A stretch of 63,144 nt of DNA, filler included, from Reticulomyxa filosa (lineage: Eukaryota; Protista; Foraminifera), in assembly GCA_000512085.1 (NCBI GenBank). It is 16 parts of 16 records of this genome, joined end to end, with 100 filler letters (N's around TTAATTAATTAA, not from the genome) between each part and the next. Parts side by side here need not be neighbours in the genome. Positions count along the whole stretch, not along the records: positions 1 to 9,852 come from ASPP01023521.1; positions 9,953 to 12,382 come from ASPP01007634.1; positions 12,483 to 18,551 come from ASPP01010179.1; 13 more parts are not named here. The stretch is one strand, 5' to 3'. The position numbers were made by a program, and so were the translations under genes. The notes below the pieces were generated by a model. It was given only the letters and a program-made list of their open reading frames with translations, was not told where the DNA came from and searched no databases. Positions 1-14,545 of this stretch are shown here, piece after piece (the stretch's first letter is position 1; every line of letters begins with the position of its first letter).

Positions 1-1643
1 GCCAGCGATTTTAAAATGGAACGTGGTGTTTCTCGTTTTATCGTTTCCAGTGTTAATAGTGTTAATCTTTTTTACCACATTTTTTTCTGGTCTTGCTAAG
101 CTCAGAGAGGCAAGTGCCGTTTCAGGCAACTTTTTTTCAAGGAAAGCAAAAGTTTTAATAGACATTTTTTAGTTAGTTAGTGGTTTACAGTTTGAAGAAA
201 TAAAAAAAAACTTGAAAAAAGTTCTCTGTTCCACTCCGGTTTTATTTAATCCTTTTCCACTGTTGTTTGCTTTCTTTAGCACAGTAGTGCGTTGTACAAT
301 TCAAAAACTCTTCTATCTGAGGATTAGATTTTTTTTTTAAAAAAAAAAAACAGTTGCATTGAAAGGATTTGCACAAGTGTGGCAATATTGAAAATTACAA
401 CAAAACAAAAATTCATTTGTATTTATAATGCTGTAGTTAATTTTTATTTATGAAAAAAGAAATGAAATTTTACCCCAATTTTGTGTCAAGTTTTTTTTTT
501 TAGTAGATTTTCGAGGATGAAACTTTTTTGTTTTTGAGGGAGAGAGTGGGAGGGAGGGGGGGTAGATTTGTTTTACTTTTCTCTCAAATTTGTTTTGGCT
601 CATTTGTTTAAAAAAAAAAAAGCAAAATAAGAGACTTTACTTGTAGCACTGCTTCTGGATAATCATTGATTACAAAGTTCTCTATGACGGAGACATAAAT
701 TATTGTACTCAAGAGATATAATAATTGCATGACCTCCTGAAATTATTTTCAATTCAATTGGCTTGGAGGGCTCTATGAAAAAATATTACTTGTATTGCTG
801 GATGTGGTGGCAAGTTTGTTCATAAAAAAAAACCAAACAATCTTTTTTAGAGCCACTCCAATTAATCCTAGAGTTTTTTAAAAGAGGTACAAACCATATA
901 CATGATTACATTCATTCGATTTTTTTTAAAAAAATGTATTTGAATTGTATATCTTACACACAACTATTTGATTGCAATGGAATTCATTTTAAACCTGAAT
1001 TGATGCAAATCAATGAAAAAAATGCAAAACGCTGAACAATTCGATTTAAACATTTGTATTTTTCACAAATAACCCGTATGTCAATGACTTATAAAAAAAA
1101 GACAGCAACTTAAAAAAAAACGCAGCACAAAAAAATGCTTTCATATGTTTTTCAAAGACGGAAAGAAAGGGTGACGAATGAATACAAGAATTTTTATCTC
1201 ATTTAATTTCTTGAAACAAAGCTACCAAAATTGAATTAGAAAAAAGTGAATGTGGCCTACTCTCCTCCCTCCCAAAAAAAAAAAAAAAGCTGCCCCAAAA
1301 ACCACTCTAAAAAAATTTGGTTCAGAATTGATAGAGTATTTCTTTTATTTATTAAAAGCAAAAGAAAAATAACTCCAACATTACAGTGTTAGAATACAAA
1401 TAGCGTTTTTTGTTTTATTGTGATGTTCTACATTATTATTATGTGTATATTTTTGCAATTCGACAATAAATTTTGAAAAATTTTTTTCAACATAGAAAAA
1501 TTTTTTTGAATTGCACAAAGTATTACCACATTATAAAAAAATGTGAAAGGAGAGCAAAAAAAAAAAGGGTTTTAAAAGTGAAGAACTTTTGCTTAAGTTT
1601 TTTTCCCCCCCCTCCCCCTAATAACTGCTAACGAAACGAAGGA

Positions 1644-4274
1644 ATGCCTTACAAAGCTTTTGTTTGCTTTGAAAAAAAGATGCATGAAGTGACACTTGCT
1701 TCAATGGACTTAAAAAGTTTGGAAGGAAGGATATTGGAATTGACCAAAACGAACAAAAATGGGAATGATAAAACAGGAAAGTGTACGTTCCATTTTAAAA
1801 TTGTTGGCAATAATGGTCAAGACATTACCAATGATCAACAATTAAAAACTGCGTTTGAAACTCCACCAATTTGCTTTTTTGTTCATCCCGTTCACAGTTT
1901 TGTTTTTTTTTTTTTTGTTTTGTTTTAAAATTAAAATTAAAATTAAAAAAAAAAGTATCGACAAAAAAACAGAAAATGACAACAATGAAAAGAAAGAGCC
2001 AGAAAATAGAAAAAAAAGAGAAGATGAAAAGAGGAAGGAAAGGATGATGATTATCACAAAATGACGAATCCATTGGTATTATTAACAGGAGCTGCAAGAT
2101 ATGAAAGCAAAGATTTCTTGCCTGGAGTAAAAATAGATTTAATTATGCTCCGAGTTTTATTTGAAGAAATATATGGATATGAGGTGTATTGCACTTATGA
2201 TCCAGATAAATCTGAGACTGAATCATTGACGTTAAATCAATTGAATCTTTTTTTAATGAAACATTACACAAATATAGTTGAAACAAATAACGAAAAGAAA
2301 TATGATGCATTGATATTTGTATGGTGTGGTCATGGCAATACAGCAGATGAAGGAGACACATTAATAACATCAGATAATGACAAATATAAACCTTTTAAAA
2401 AAGTGCAAGAATTATTTGCATATGATACAGATGTATTTTTAAATAAGCCAAAAATATTTATTAAAAATGCGTGTCGAGGAAATGAACAACCGAAACAAAA
2501 GAAAAGAGGAAATCAGCAACAAGAATGGTATAATTGTGAATCAGATACTTTTATAATATTTTCAACAACTCCTGGAAAACTGATATTTGATTCAGAAGAT
2601 CCAGATAATGGAAAAGGAAGTTATTTTACAGAGTGCTTTTGTAATGTTATGTCACAGAATATTATATCATCGATATCATTGGATGACAATCTAATGTTAA
2701 TTTCAAAATTGGTTAAACAAAAAGCATTGTCTGGACAAATTATTCAAGTTATTACTACTTGTGATCGACATGTCTTCCTTTATAATAAAAGTTTTTCTTA
2801 TGCTTTATCAATTGCAAATGCTGAAATGGATCAAAATCCTTTATGGAATCAAGCCAATAAAAAAGCATATGAAATTGTGAATGAAATGATTAATCACAAA
2901 CAACAAGGAATTGTTGTTGTTGCAACAAATATTGATCAATTTGCAAGGCCCAATGATAAATGGTTTTGGCAAGAAATCCCATTTACAATGATGATTAATT
3001 CAATTGAATATATGAAAAAAAAAATAATCATTGGACCATATTCTGTTTATTCATTCCATTCAAAAAAAATAATATTTGATGATATCACAATTGATGGATG
3101 TGTTTATGTTGTTGATTCCATTATTGATGGATTTGGAAATTGTCATATTACTCAACAACTTGTTCATACTGATTCATCTGTTATTAGCTGCGATTTCTAT
3201 TCTCCTGTTTTGACTTGTTCTTGGCCAATTCATACAGGAAATGTGATGGAATTAGGAATAGATTCGTTGGCTATCCCAAATGTAGATAAAGCCATTGAGT
3301 TATTTCGCTTTGCACTTTGTGTAAGATTGCAGACATTACCTGATTCTCATATCGATGTTGCCGAGTCTTATGGTTGGTTAGGCAGAGCTTATGATGACAA
3401 AGGAGAATATGACACAGCAATTGAATATTATCAAAAGGCATTGAAAATCAGATTGGATATATTGGGATCTGATCATCCTGATGTCGCTACTTTATACAAC
3501 AATTTGGGAAGTGTTTATGATGACAAAGGAGAATACCACAAATCAATTGAATATTATGAAAAAGATTTAGAAATTAATTTGACTAAATTAGGACCTGATC
3601 ATCCTAATGTCTCTGATTCATACAATAATTTGGGAGTTGTTCACGACAAGATAGGGGAATATGATAAAGCAATGGAATATTATGAAAAATCATTGAAAAT
3701 TAGATTGGAGAAATTGGGACATGATCATCCTGATGTTGCTATTTCATACAAAAATGTAGGGAATGTTTATGACAATAAAGGAGAATACGACAAAGCAATT
3801 GAATATTTTGAAAAGTCATTACAAATTAGATTAGATAAATTGGGCCATTGTCATCCTAATGTTGCAGACACATACAATAGTTTAGGACTTGTTTATAAGA
3901 AGAAAGGAGAATACAGCAAAGCAATTGAATATTATGATAAGTCATTGAAAATTAGATTACATAAATTGGGACCTGATCATCCTAATGTTGCAACTTTATA
4001 CAACAATTTAACATTTGTTTATTATGACAAACAAGAATACGACAAAGCGATGGAATTTGGAAAGAAGGCATTGGAATTGAGATTGAAAAAACTAGATTTT
4101 GATCATCCAAAGATTGGCAATTCATATCATATTTTAGGAGATATCCATTGTAAAAAAGGAGACAAAGTGGAGGCAAAGAAATGTTATGAAAAGGCATTGT
4201 CAATTTATACTCAAAAATTGGGTGAAAATAATCAAAAAACAAAAAATGTGATATCGGCATTAAAAAAGCTGTAA
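1644..4274 (+). CDS. PB1-like / caspase-family (peptidase C14) / TPR-repeat protein; 2 exons plus a probable homopolymer frameshift near 2028
   Basis: ORF 2061-4274 has caspase His (WCGHG) and Cys (KPKIFIKNACRG) motifs, a p10-like SDTFIIFSTTPG..GSYF region and then 42-aa TPRs. Upstream ORF 1644 encodes a ~80 aa PB1/ubiquitin-fold-like segment (..DITNDQQLKTAF) followed by a gtt..T-rich..A-rich..ag intron at ~1890-1955. Confidence 0.85.
3357..4238 (+). repeat. Seven tandem 126-bp (42-aa) TPR repeats, kinesin-light-chain/TPR_12 type
   Basis: Repeating unit VAxxYNNLGxVYxxKGEYDKAIEYYEKSLKIRLxKLGxDHPx. Confidence 0.95.
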
Positions 4275-5323
4275 TTGTATTTGCTTTGTTGGATCAAAAT
4301 GTATTTTTGGAAACAGAAAAGGAAAGCGAGGTGGATTTTATTTTTTGATTGTTTATTTTGTTTTGTTGGGTGCAAGAAAATATGAAACTCTTTATAAGGA
4401 TTACCCCCCCCCCCCCCCTTCAATGCTTGGAAAAGATAAATTGTTGGTTGTGTGCAATTAATTCTTTTACCAAAATAAGCGAGCATGTAAATAAAAAAAG
4501 GGGGCAATAAGCATTTTGTGTTTGTCGGTCAAAATCACACAATATACAATTGATATGTGGAAAATAATGCTAATTGATAAATTTTCTTTTTTTTTGATAG
4601 CTACAAACTGTGTATAGTTTTAATATATCGTTTTTTGTCTTTCGAAATTTTTCAAAAATTTAATTTTTTTTTCTTTTAAACAAGCTATTTGTCTTGCTTA
4701 ATTTTTTTGTGCAATTTTTTGTTGTGTTTTGTCTCGGTTTAGTTTTTAAAAAAATTGATTACTATTTTTTTTTTTTGAACTTTAATATTGAAAATACAAA
4801 AGAAATGATATGATTTGTCCTTGTTTGTATCGATTCTTTCAAACATTGCTAACAGCCATTTCGAACGTGGAACAATCATTTGTGATCCTTTTGTTGAGAA
4901 GAGCAAAGAAGTATGGACAAAATAGAAAAAAAAAATGCTGAATTCGTACATACACGCTCGAATGAAAGCTATAAAGCGTTAGTCCTCGTTTTGCTTTGTG
5001 CCTTTTAATTTACACTTTTCACGTTAAAACAAAACAATAGATTTTGATTTATAATAAGTCATTGCATCTTAACATTGAATCTTTTTCCAACAAAAGAAAC
5101 ACAATATGTTATAATTTGGTAGTTGTGTTGTCTATATTTTCTCTTTTGTTTGTGTCTGGTTCAATGTCCAAAAAAAACTCTTTTCAATCTCAAGTTTGTT
5201 CATTCAAATGTGAAGCACCTCCAAAGTTTTGTTTGCAACATACATTCGAAAGAAATGTTTGAGTGCAATTGAAAGTATGTGTTTAATTTCATTTTTAAAA
5301 AAACGGATCAAAATTTGTTCACG

Positions 5324-7243
5324 TTATCTTTGCATTCGATTGAAAGGCTTTGGATTGATATGTTTCAAATCTTCTGATGACAATTCAATACCGTAAATGG
5401 CAATCCTGCCATCTCCACCTGCGCCTGCCTCATAGTAAGATTTGTCTATCTTCCCTCCAGTGCACGTGATAATTCCAAGAGTTTGTTCCAGAGTGTTGGG
5501 TTGTGATTGCGAATGGCATTGCAATTCTATCAAAATTGATCCTCCACTTCCACCACCACCATTACTCCATGCACCATTTCCATTGGATTGAATGGAGCCA
5601 TGATTGATTAATTGCTGTTCAATTATCAGTTCAATTATTCCACCACCACAGTATTTATCTGAACCACTTCCATAATGAATTTCCTTCAACAAGGTTTCTT
5701 CTCCATACACCTGCCCAGATGTTCCGAGATAATCTTTTATATTTTTTGACGGCGCGTCTCCTTTCGTTCCATACCCAGCACCACTACTACAACCATCTGT
5801 ACTCGCTCCAGGACCTCTTTGGTATCCACGCCCTGTGCAATCAATTTTGGATGAAGAGTGTTTGATCCACAAATGACTAGTTTTAATACAGAGATGCCCA
5901 ATATTTTCTGGTGAAGTGCTATTATATTTTCCATCTGGACATAATGTAAGTTCATTTCCAAGTAGATAAACCCCAAAATTGTAGATGTTCCACTGTTGAT
6001 GTTTTAAGCCTATGGTTTTTTTATTTTCATTCACCAACAAGAAATCGACTCCATTAATTAAGCAAGGAGAGCGAATGACCGCCAACATATTGTAACAGGT
6101 GACATTGCAATCGGGTTTTGCCAAGTTTTTTTCGGCATATTTTCTTTCGTCATGTTGTGTATTAATTAGCAGTTTGAGATGTGCCACCTGTTGTTTTTGT
6201 CCATCCAAGTCGGTTTGGACAGTGCGTTGATGGTTGACAAAGTCTGTGACAAGCGTGTCAATTTTGGCCTGACACTTGGTAAGTTGGTTGGTCTGCTGTG
6301 TCAGCTGCACATTGTGCTGCTTCATCTCTGTTTGCAGCTGCTGCATGTTCGCGAGCACTGTCTGCACGTTCTTTGTCAACTCGAGCATCTTCTCATCTCG
6401 TTTCAGCATCTCTACTTTGAAGCTTTCTATTTGTCGTTTACTTTCCAAATGCATTTGTGCAACCTCTTCCTTTTGTGTGTGTGCGTTTTTTAATTAAAAA
6501 AAAAAAATAGAGTGTATATATTTTTTTTATAAAAAAAAAAAAAAAAGAGTGCATATATTTTTTTTAAAAAAAAAAAAGAATATGTGAGAGAATAGAATAA
6601 ACGAAACAACTCGCGATTGCTTATTTTGTAAAGGTTCTTGCAACTGTTGAACCATGTGTTGATTCTGCTGCAGATGGTGTTGCAACTGTTTGATTTGCTC
6701 GCTCATTTGAAGCAACTGGGATTGGAACTCTGATGAATTGCTTAGCTTGTTTGACATTAAAGTGCAAGACTTGTCCAGATGACCTCCCATGTCTTGGATC
6801 TTCCCTTTGTAATGACAAGAGATGCTATTCTTTGGAAGTGACTCTTTTTCTCCTGGCTCCATCTCTTCGCGCAATTGGGCATATTGTCGTGCGCACATTA
6901 CAAACAGGTCGCAAATCTGCTGTCGCACTGTCCTACTCTTCGAAAAGTCACAATGGTCGTGCTGGCCTATTGGACACTTGTTCTTGTTCTGTTTTAAGTA
7001 TCTTTGCAAACACTCCTCACCCACCAAGTATCCATGCTCCGAATCCTCGTGCTCCTTGCAATTCAGCTCCACTCCTTTGTTTGCTATCTGGTTGCAAAGA
7101 AAACATGTCAAACGGCTCAAGCTTTGTCGCTCGTTCGTCTGACACACCCAGTCTTTGTCGTAACAACCAGAAACTGAAAATACGTCTCTGTTTTCCGGGT
7201 TTTTCTTCTCTTCCCCTTCTTTGTCAAGCTTTAGCATTATCAA
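5324..7243 (-). CDS. RING/TRAF-like zinc finger + coiled coil + glycine-rich C-terminal domain protein (2 exons, intron ~6471-6610)
   Basis: Exon 1 has CFLC..C..H..C..CP..H..C and C..C..H..C Zn-finger patterns. Q/L/E-rich coiled coil follows. The C-terminus has GAGYGTKG, GSGS..GGGIIEL, GGGGSGGSILI and GGDGRI Gly-rich motifs. Confidence 0.7.
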
Positions 7244-8019
7244 TTACAAAGAGTTTTTTTTTCCCTCCCCTCTTATATTCAAACTCCTCTTTTTAAAAAA
7301 AAATTGTATCGATGTGTTCAAGTTTTTTTTTTCATAAAATAGCCGTTTACATATGAGGTAAATGATTATTCATTTTTTTTATTTATTTGATAAGTACAAG
7401 TTTTTGCAAACATGCAGCTTGTGGGGAAAAGTGTTGTTATCCGTGACGCTGATTAATCCCCAATCCATACTTATACTCATTTATTAATGCAGTATTTGTA
7501 AGAGTTTAATTCTTCCGACACAAGAATGCTTCTCTTATTGCAAGGCAAGTTTTCTAAAAAGAGTGCAAACATCGATGAAGTATACCATTCCAAGCGAGAG
7601 AGTACTTGAAAAGCAAATTCAGCCTTGTCCAAGAACACCAATTTGGCAAGTTTCAGAATGTAACAACAAGAAATAAGCAAACATGTGTAATTTTTTTTTT
7701 TGTTTATATTGTAAGGCGAATAAGCATCAACAAAAAAGATTAGCTTGCCGGAACCGAATTATATCCGAAGAAAAAAAGACAATTTAAAAGAAAAAAGAAA
7801 AGAAAACAACAAATGGACAAACAAAAAAAAAAAACCAAACTCAAAACAATTGAAAAAAATAAGAAAAAATAAAAATTAAAACCCTTGGGCTCAGATTCCA
7901 GCATGTTTTTTTTTTTTTTTATTATTGAGTGCGCTTCCCCTCCTTCTCCTGTTGACACCCCTTTTTTTTTTGACAAGATCCCAAATCTCTCTCTCTCTCT
8001 CTTTCTCTCGTTACTCTTC

Positions 8020-9700
<1,681 letters not shown>

Positions 9701-9852
9701 TTGAAATGGCATTTATTATTTGCTTTTTCTCATCCTATATATATTTATTATTATTGTTTATTGTTTATTGTTTATTGTTTATATGCGCAAAATCGCGACG
9801 ACAACAATAAAAAACTTTCGGCCATGATTTTAAGCTCTTGTTTTTTTTTTAT

Positions 9853-9952
9853 NNNNNNNNNNNNNNNNNNNNNNNNNNNNNNNNNNNNNNNNNNNNTTAA
9901 TTAATTAANNNNNNNNNNNNNNNNNNNNNNNNNNNNNNNNNNNNNNNNNNNN
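9853..9952. other. Artificial contig spacer N44-TTAATTAATTAA-N44 (also at 12383, 18552, 25304, 26837, 28788, 32353, 34881, 35981, 37627, 39134, 43637, 46055, 57306, 61666)
   Basis: An identical 100-bp linker with stops in all six frames occurs 15 times. Confidence 0.99.
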
Positions 9953-11159
9953 TTTGTTTATTTGTTTATTTGTTTATTTGTTTATATTGTGATACATAAA
10001 TAATAAATCATACTTTATCTCCAGACGAAGAAGTGATAGCAGGATTCAACTCGGTTTGTACTGTTTGACTTCCGACTGTGTGATCCCACATACACATGCA
10101 ATAGAAACAGAGCGAACAAAGAACGAAGAATAAACGCAATAACTTTCTCCTTCTCCAGACGTGGTGGTATTGGTGGAGGCGGTGGTGTGATGTCCGTTAC
10201 CGGCGGTGGTGTCGACGATTGTCTGCCCTGGCAAAGTGGGTCTGGAGTTGGCCAAGTCCTCTCGAATGGCAGTCTCCAAGACAGTGCAAGCATTTTGGAG
10301 TTGAGCGTGTGCAACGGTGTGTTGGGTCCAAACCCCTTCCAAAATTTTGATCTGTTGCTGCAAGCGTTGCAATTGCTCTTGGTGTTGCACGTACTGGGAT
10401 TGTATGTTGGGGTCCAAATTCACATTCGGATTGATTTGAAACAGCCTTTGCACTTCGTTGTGTTGGTTGAGTTGGTTGGTCAAATGTTGGTGGATCACAT
10501 GAAGTTCCTGTAATCTCCGTTCCATTTGCACCTTCTCTTCCTGCACGCGTGCATACTGTTGCTGTCGCCCTTGTTGCAATTGCATTTGGAGCTGTTGCAG
10601 TGCCGCCGCATTGTTTGTGTTCCTTACGCTATCGACTGTTTCCGTTTCATTCGTCTGTATCTGCATTTGCCCTTCCTCACTTCCATTGCCATGGCTGTCA
10701 GTCATCACGCCATTGCCGTTGCTATTGTTTGTCGTCGCTGTTGTTGTTGTTGTTGTTGTTGTTGTCGTCGTCGTCATGTTGTTTGCGATAGCATTGCCAA
10801 TGTTTGCATTGCTCATCATCACATTGGACGGGGCTTGTCCGTTGACCAGTTGTGTGGCTGCGATACCGAGTTTGTTGGGGCCAATGATATTGGGCTGCAC
10901 CACAAATCCTGGCGTGGCTGTACTCGGCGTGCTATTCACATTGCCACCAGATATCGATTGGGAATACATCGGCTGCAATTGCACTGAAGTAGGGGCGATT
11001 GTCAATGGGGTCACCATTGGCTGCGATGTGGGTTGTTTCGGCGTCATTGGCGATGACGCGCTTTCTAATGATCGTTGTTGTTGCAATTGTTGTTGTTGAA
11101 GATGTAGTTGTTGTTGTTGCTGCTGTTGTTGTTGCTGTTGTTGTTGTTGCTGTTGTTGC

Positions 11160-11208
<49 letters not shown>

Positions 11209-11310
11209 GCAATTGCTGCAATTGAGCCAAGAGCAGTTGTTGCATGTACGCCAATAGATACTCTCTAGCTTGCTATAACACAACAAAGGGGATCACACAC
11301 ATTGGCATTC

Positions 11311-11342
<32 letters not shown>

Positions 11343-12070
11343 GAAATTGGAACTTGGAGCTCATGTAGTTTGCTGGCGTAAGCCTGCACTTCTCGTGTTT
11401 TTTCGCTTATGGAGTTTTGGAAAGCGGTGAGGAGCTGCATCCCACCGGACATCAAGGAATTGCGAATGTCCGGGTGTTGAAATTGCAATTGCATCTGTTG
11501 CAACTCGCCTTCCGCTCTCGATCGTTGCTGCTCGATCGTACTTATATTTTGCGCTATTTGAGACCACTTTTTTTTTTTTTTTTTTTTTGGAAGTTATTTA
11601 CTCTTCTTCGATTAGTTTTGTGCACAAATAAATAGATATATATATACATATATATAACTTGATGTGCAAAGACGGGATTGACAAGGACTTGGCGTAAGAG
11701 CAATTGTTCCAAAGCATTTGGCGGAATTAATGCAATACTTTGCAAAGGGATTGCGGTTGGATTGTTGTTGTTGTTGTCAACAGTGTTGTTTGGATTGTTG
11801 GCATTATTGGGATCAAAGCCTTGAGTGATGTTATTACCTTCGTCGGTTTGCGAATGTGTGAGTGACTGCTGCGGTTGAATGGGAGTGGGTTGGGAAGACG
11901 GGTTGGATTGCGCTTGTGTCAAAAACGACAGGTTGGGTATGGCAAACGTTGGCTGCGCTCCTTGTTGAGGAGTCGTTATAGCCATGGACATAGGCAGTGT
12001 GGCCTGACCTTGATTGGCCATATTTTGTGCTTGCTGCGCTTGTATTTGTTGGATCAGCAATATCTGTTGC

Positions 12071-12101
<31 letters not shown>

Positions 12102-12382
12102 GCTGCTGCTGCTGTTCTACGGTTAGTCCCTGCTGTTGAGGTTGTTGAGTCAATATTATCGAATTACCAAACGGGTTCCCACCAGGAATGTTCGGTTGCA
12201 CACGATCTGTGTCCCACATTACCATTTCATTTGGCAATTCATTTGCAGAACAATCAATCAAACAAAAAGTTTGTATAACTGATAGGTCCTGTTGACAGAA
12301 ATAATACCGTTTGACCTGGCCCTTGCTGTTGCAGAATAAACACATATACATACACATATACATATACATACACATACACATA
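9953..12382 (-). CDS. Glutamine/asparagine-rich low-complexity protein, multi-exon fragment
   Basis: ORFs 11554-12381 and 10046-11254 with polyQ, polyT and polyN tracts and a coiled-coil segment, separated by intron-like tracts. Confidence 0.65.
11077..11210 (-). repeat. (CAA/CAG)n trinucleotide repeat encoding polyQ
   Basis: Long ttg/ctg run on the + strand. Confidence 0.95.
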
Positions 12383-12515
12383 NNNNNNNNNNNNNNNNNN
12401 NNNNNNNNNNNNNNNNNNNNNNNNNNTTAATTAATTAANNNNNNNNNNNNNNNNNNNNNNNNNNNNNNNNNNNNNNNNNNNNACGTGTGTGTGTGTGTGG
12501 TGTGTGTAAACAAAG

Positions 12516-14057
12516 GGATTATTGGAACAAGGTATCAAGTTTCCAGAACCAACAAAAGATGAAGATTTGAAAATACTTTCACAAGTCGATGTCATGAAAA
12601 AACAAAGCAGTGGATTTTCGGGAATGGGATCCGTTCCCAAAACGGATGCATCCCGTTCCAAAGCAATCGTCGTAGACCGCACTCTGCCTATGATCCGTCC
12701 TGTCGTAAGAATCCCCGAGTTGACGCACAGCGGCCTTATTCAAGCACAAGTTTTGTACGTACCTTTGACTCAATTTTTTTTTTTTTTTTTCCTCCCTTTG
12801 TTTACAACAACAACAACAACAACAAAACTTGCGATTGGAACATAGGACATGGCCTCCTTTTTGTTCGATGTGTTAAATACAAGCGAAGTGGGCCAAAACT
12901 TGTATCTCCCTGGCGTGGTTTCCGAAATGGTTGCTGCTGTCAAAGCCGAGCAAATCAACGTGCAAAACATCGCCGCCGATCCAAACACAAAAGAACTCGA
13001 TGTCGTACATGCCTTTGCGGTCAATGAAGTACTGATGCAAGTTCTGGCCGATTACGAAGCTTTAGCCTCCGGGAAAAAGCGACGCTATGAAGAGCAATTG
13101 AATATTTCAGAAATGGCTGAATATGCTGACGTGGAATACGCCGAAGCCAATGATTTCAAAGCTAATGATAATGACGACAACGTCAATGATATCGACTACG
13201 ATTTGGCGGATGTTGAACTGCACGCACTTGAACCACCGCCCACTGAAGTTGCGCTGCTTTGAGTTCAATGTGTTACTATATATATATATGTATACATATA
13301 CGTATACGTGTGTACATACATCTACGTGTTTATAGGCAAATTCCAGTAAACGAGAGATTTTAAACAAAAAAAACCCAACGGACTTGTTGGGATTAAATAC
13401 AAGCGAAAAAGAAACCAACGCTACCAGTTCTTATGCTGTTGACAATAAAGACAATGAAGGCAAAGACAAAGATGGAAATGCTAATGATATTTTCGATTTC
13501 TTGACTCAGCCGATCAACGATTCAAAAAAAGCCCAATCATCTTCGTCTTCGTTGTCGCAACCATTGCAATCCGGCTCTCGTGATCCCAATACCAATAATT
13601 CCACTCAAACCAGTTGTGACAATAAAAAAACTATGTAATTAAAAAAAGATACCACAAATACATTTTGTGAAGCGTAAACATATACAATCAATAGAAGCAA
13701 AGTCTCAAATGATCGATGATTCCTTCTTAACTATGAATAGCTCCGGCGATTATCAGTTACGGACGAATCAACCTAATACAAAATCGAAACAGCCCGTAGA
13801 AGGTATGAATAAATATATTTTATTAGTTGTGCCAAGCAAAAGCGTACAATATGTCAAATGTCATAGACGACCCTTTCCAAGAAATGGATAACGCAAACAA
13901 TCCATTTGACACATTAGAAAACCCCTTCAGTAGCATGGGCAGTATCAAACCAGCAGATACTGCCAATAATCCATTTTTAACCTTCTCTTCTGCTACAAAC
14001 TCCACCCAAAATGATGGAGATTTTGATACTGGAGATCCTTTTGCGGAATTCAAATAA
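12516..14057 (+). CDS. TOM1/GGA-like endocytic adaptor (VHS end, GAT domain, NPF/DPF motifs), 5' incomplete, multi-exon
   Basis: QGIKFP resembles the end of a VHS domain. Helical GAT-like segment ..AFAVNEVLMQVLADYEAL. The C-terminus has NPF x3 and DPF x2. Confidence 0.6.
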
Positions 14058-14545
14058 TAAACATATTAATTTTGTGTGTGGGGATTTTAAAACGGTGGCC
14101 CCGTTTTTTGTTTCTCACTAATTTTTCTTGTGTAGCTATCATTTGAGTTCTGCCTCTGTCATTGTCATATTTCTTTTAGAATATTCCACTAAATGTTTAG
14201 GCATACGTTCACGATAGACTGTTACATTTTTATGTGTATGCTGACCAGCGTACGTAAATGGCTAAAAACCTTCTTTGAAAGAGGTTCCAAATAAAAATTA
14301 TTGGAACATAGACAAATATATAATTTTTGATTACCAATAAGCTTACAAAGAGAAATAAGCAGGCGGTTGTGGACATATTTTGTTCGCAAAATTGATTGGC
14401 TCAACTTCACGTTTTAAAACAAAAAAAGCAATATAAAGCCAAAACCTCACAAGATAACACACACTATACGTAGTGTCCTCTTTTTTTTATACTCCGATTA
14501 GAAATACATGGGTTTTAATTTTTTTTGTTTGCTGTGAAGAAGCAA

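Noticed and set aside
3357-4238. 126-bp repeats as a CRISPR-like array
   Set aside because: They are in-frame coding TPR units without unique spacers or cas genes.
10187-11286. Antisense and alternative-frame ORFs rich in Val/Cys/Leu
   Set aside because: They are shadows of CAA/CAG repeats in the polyQ gene.
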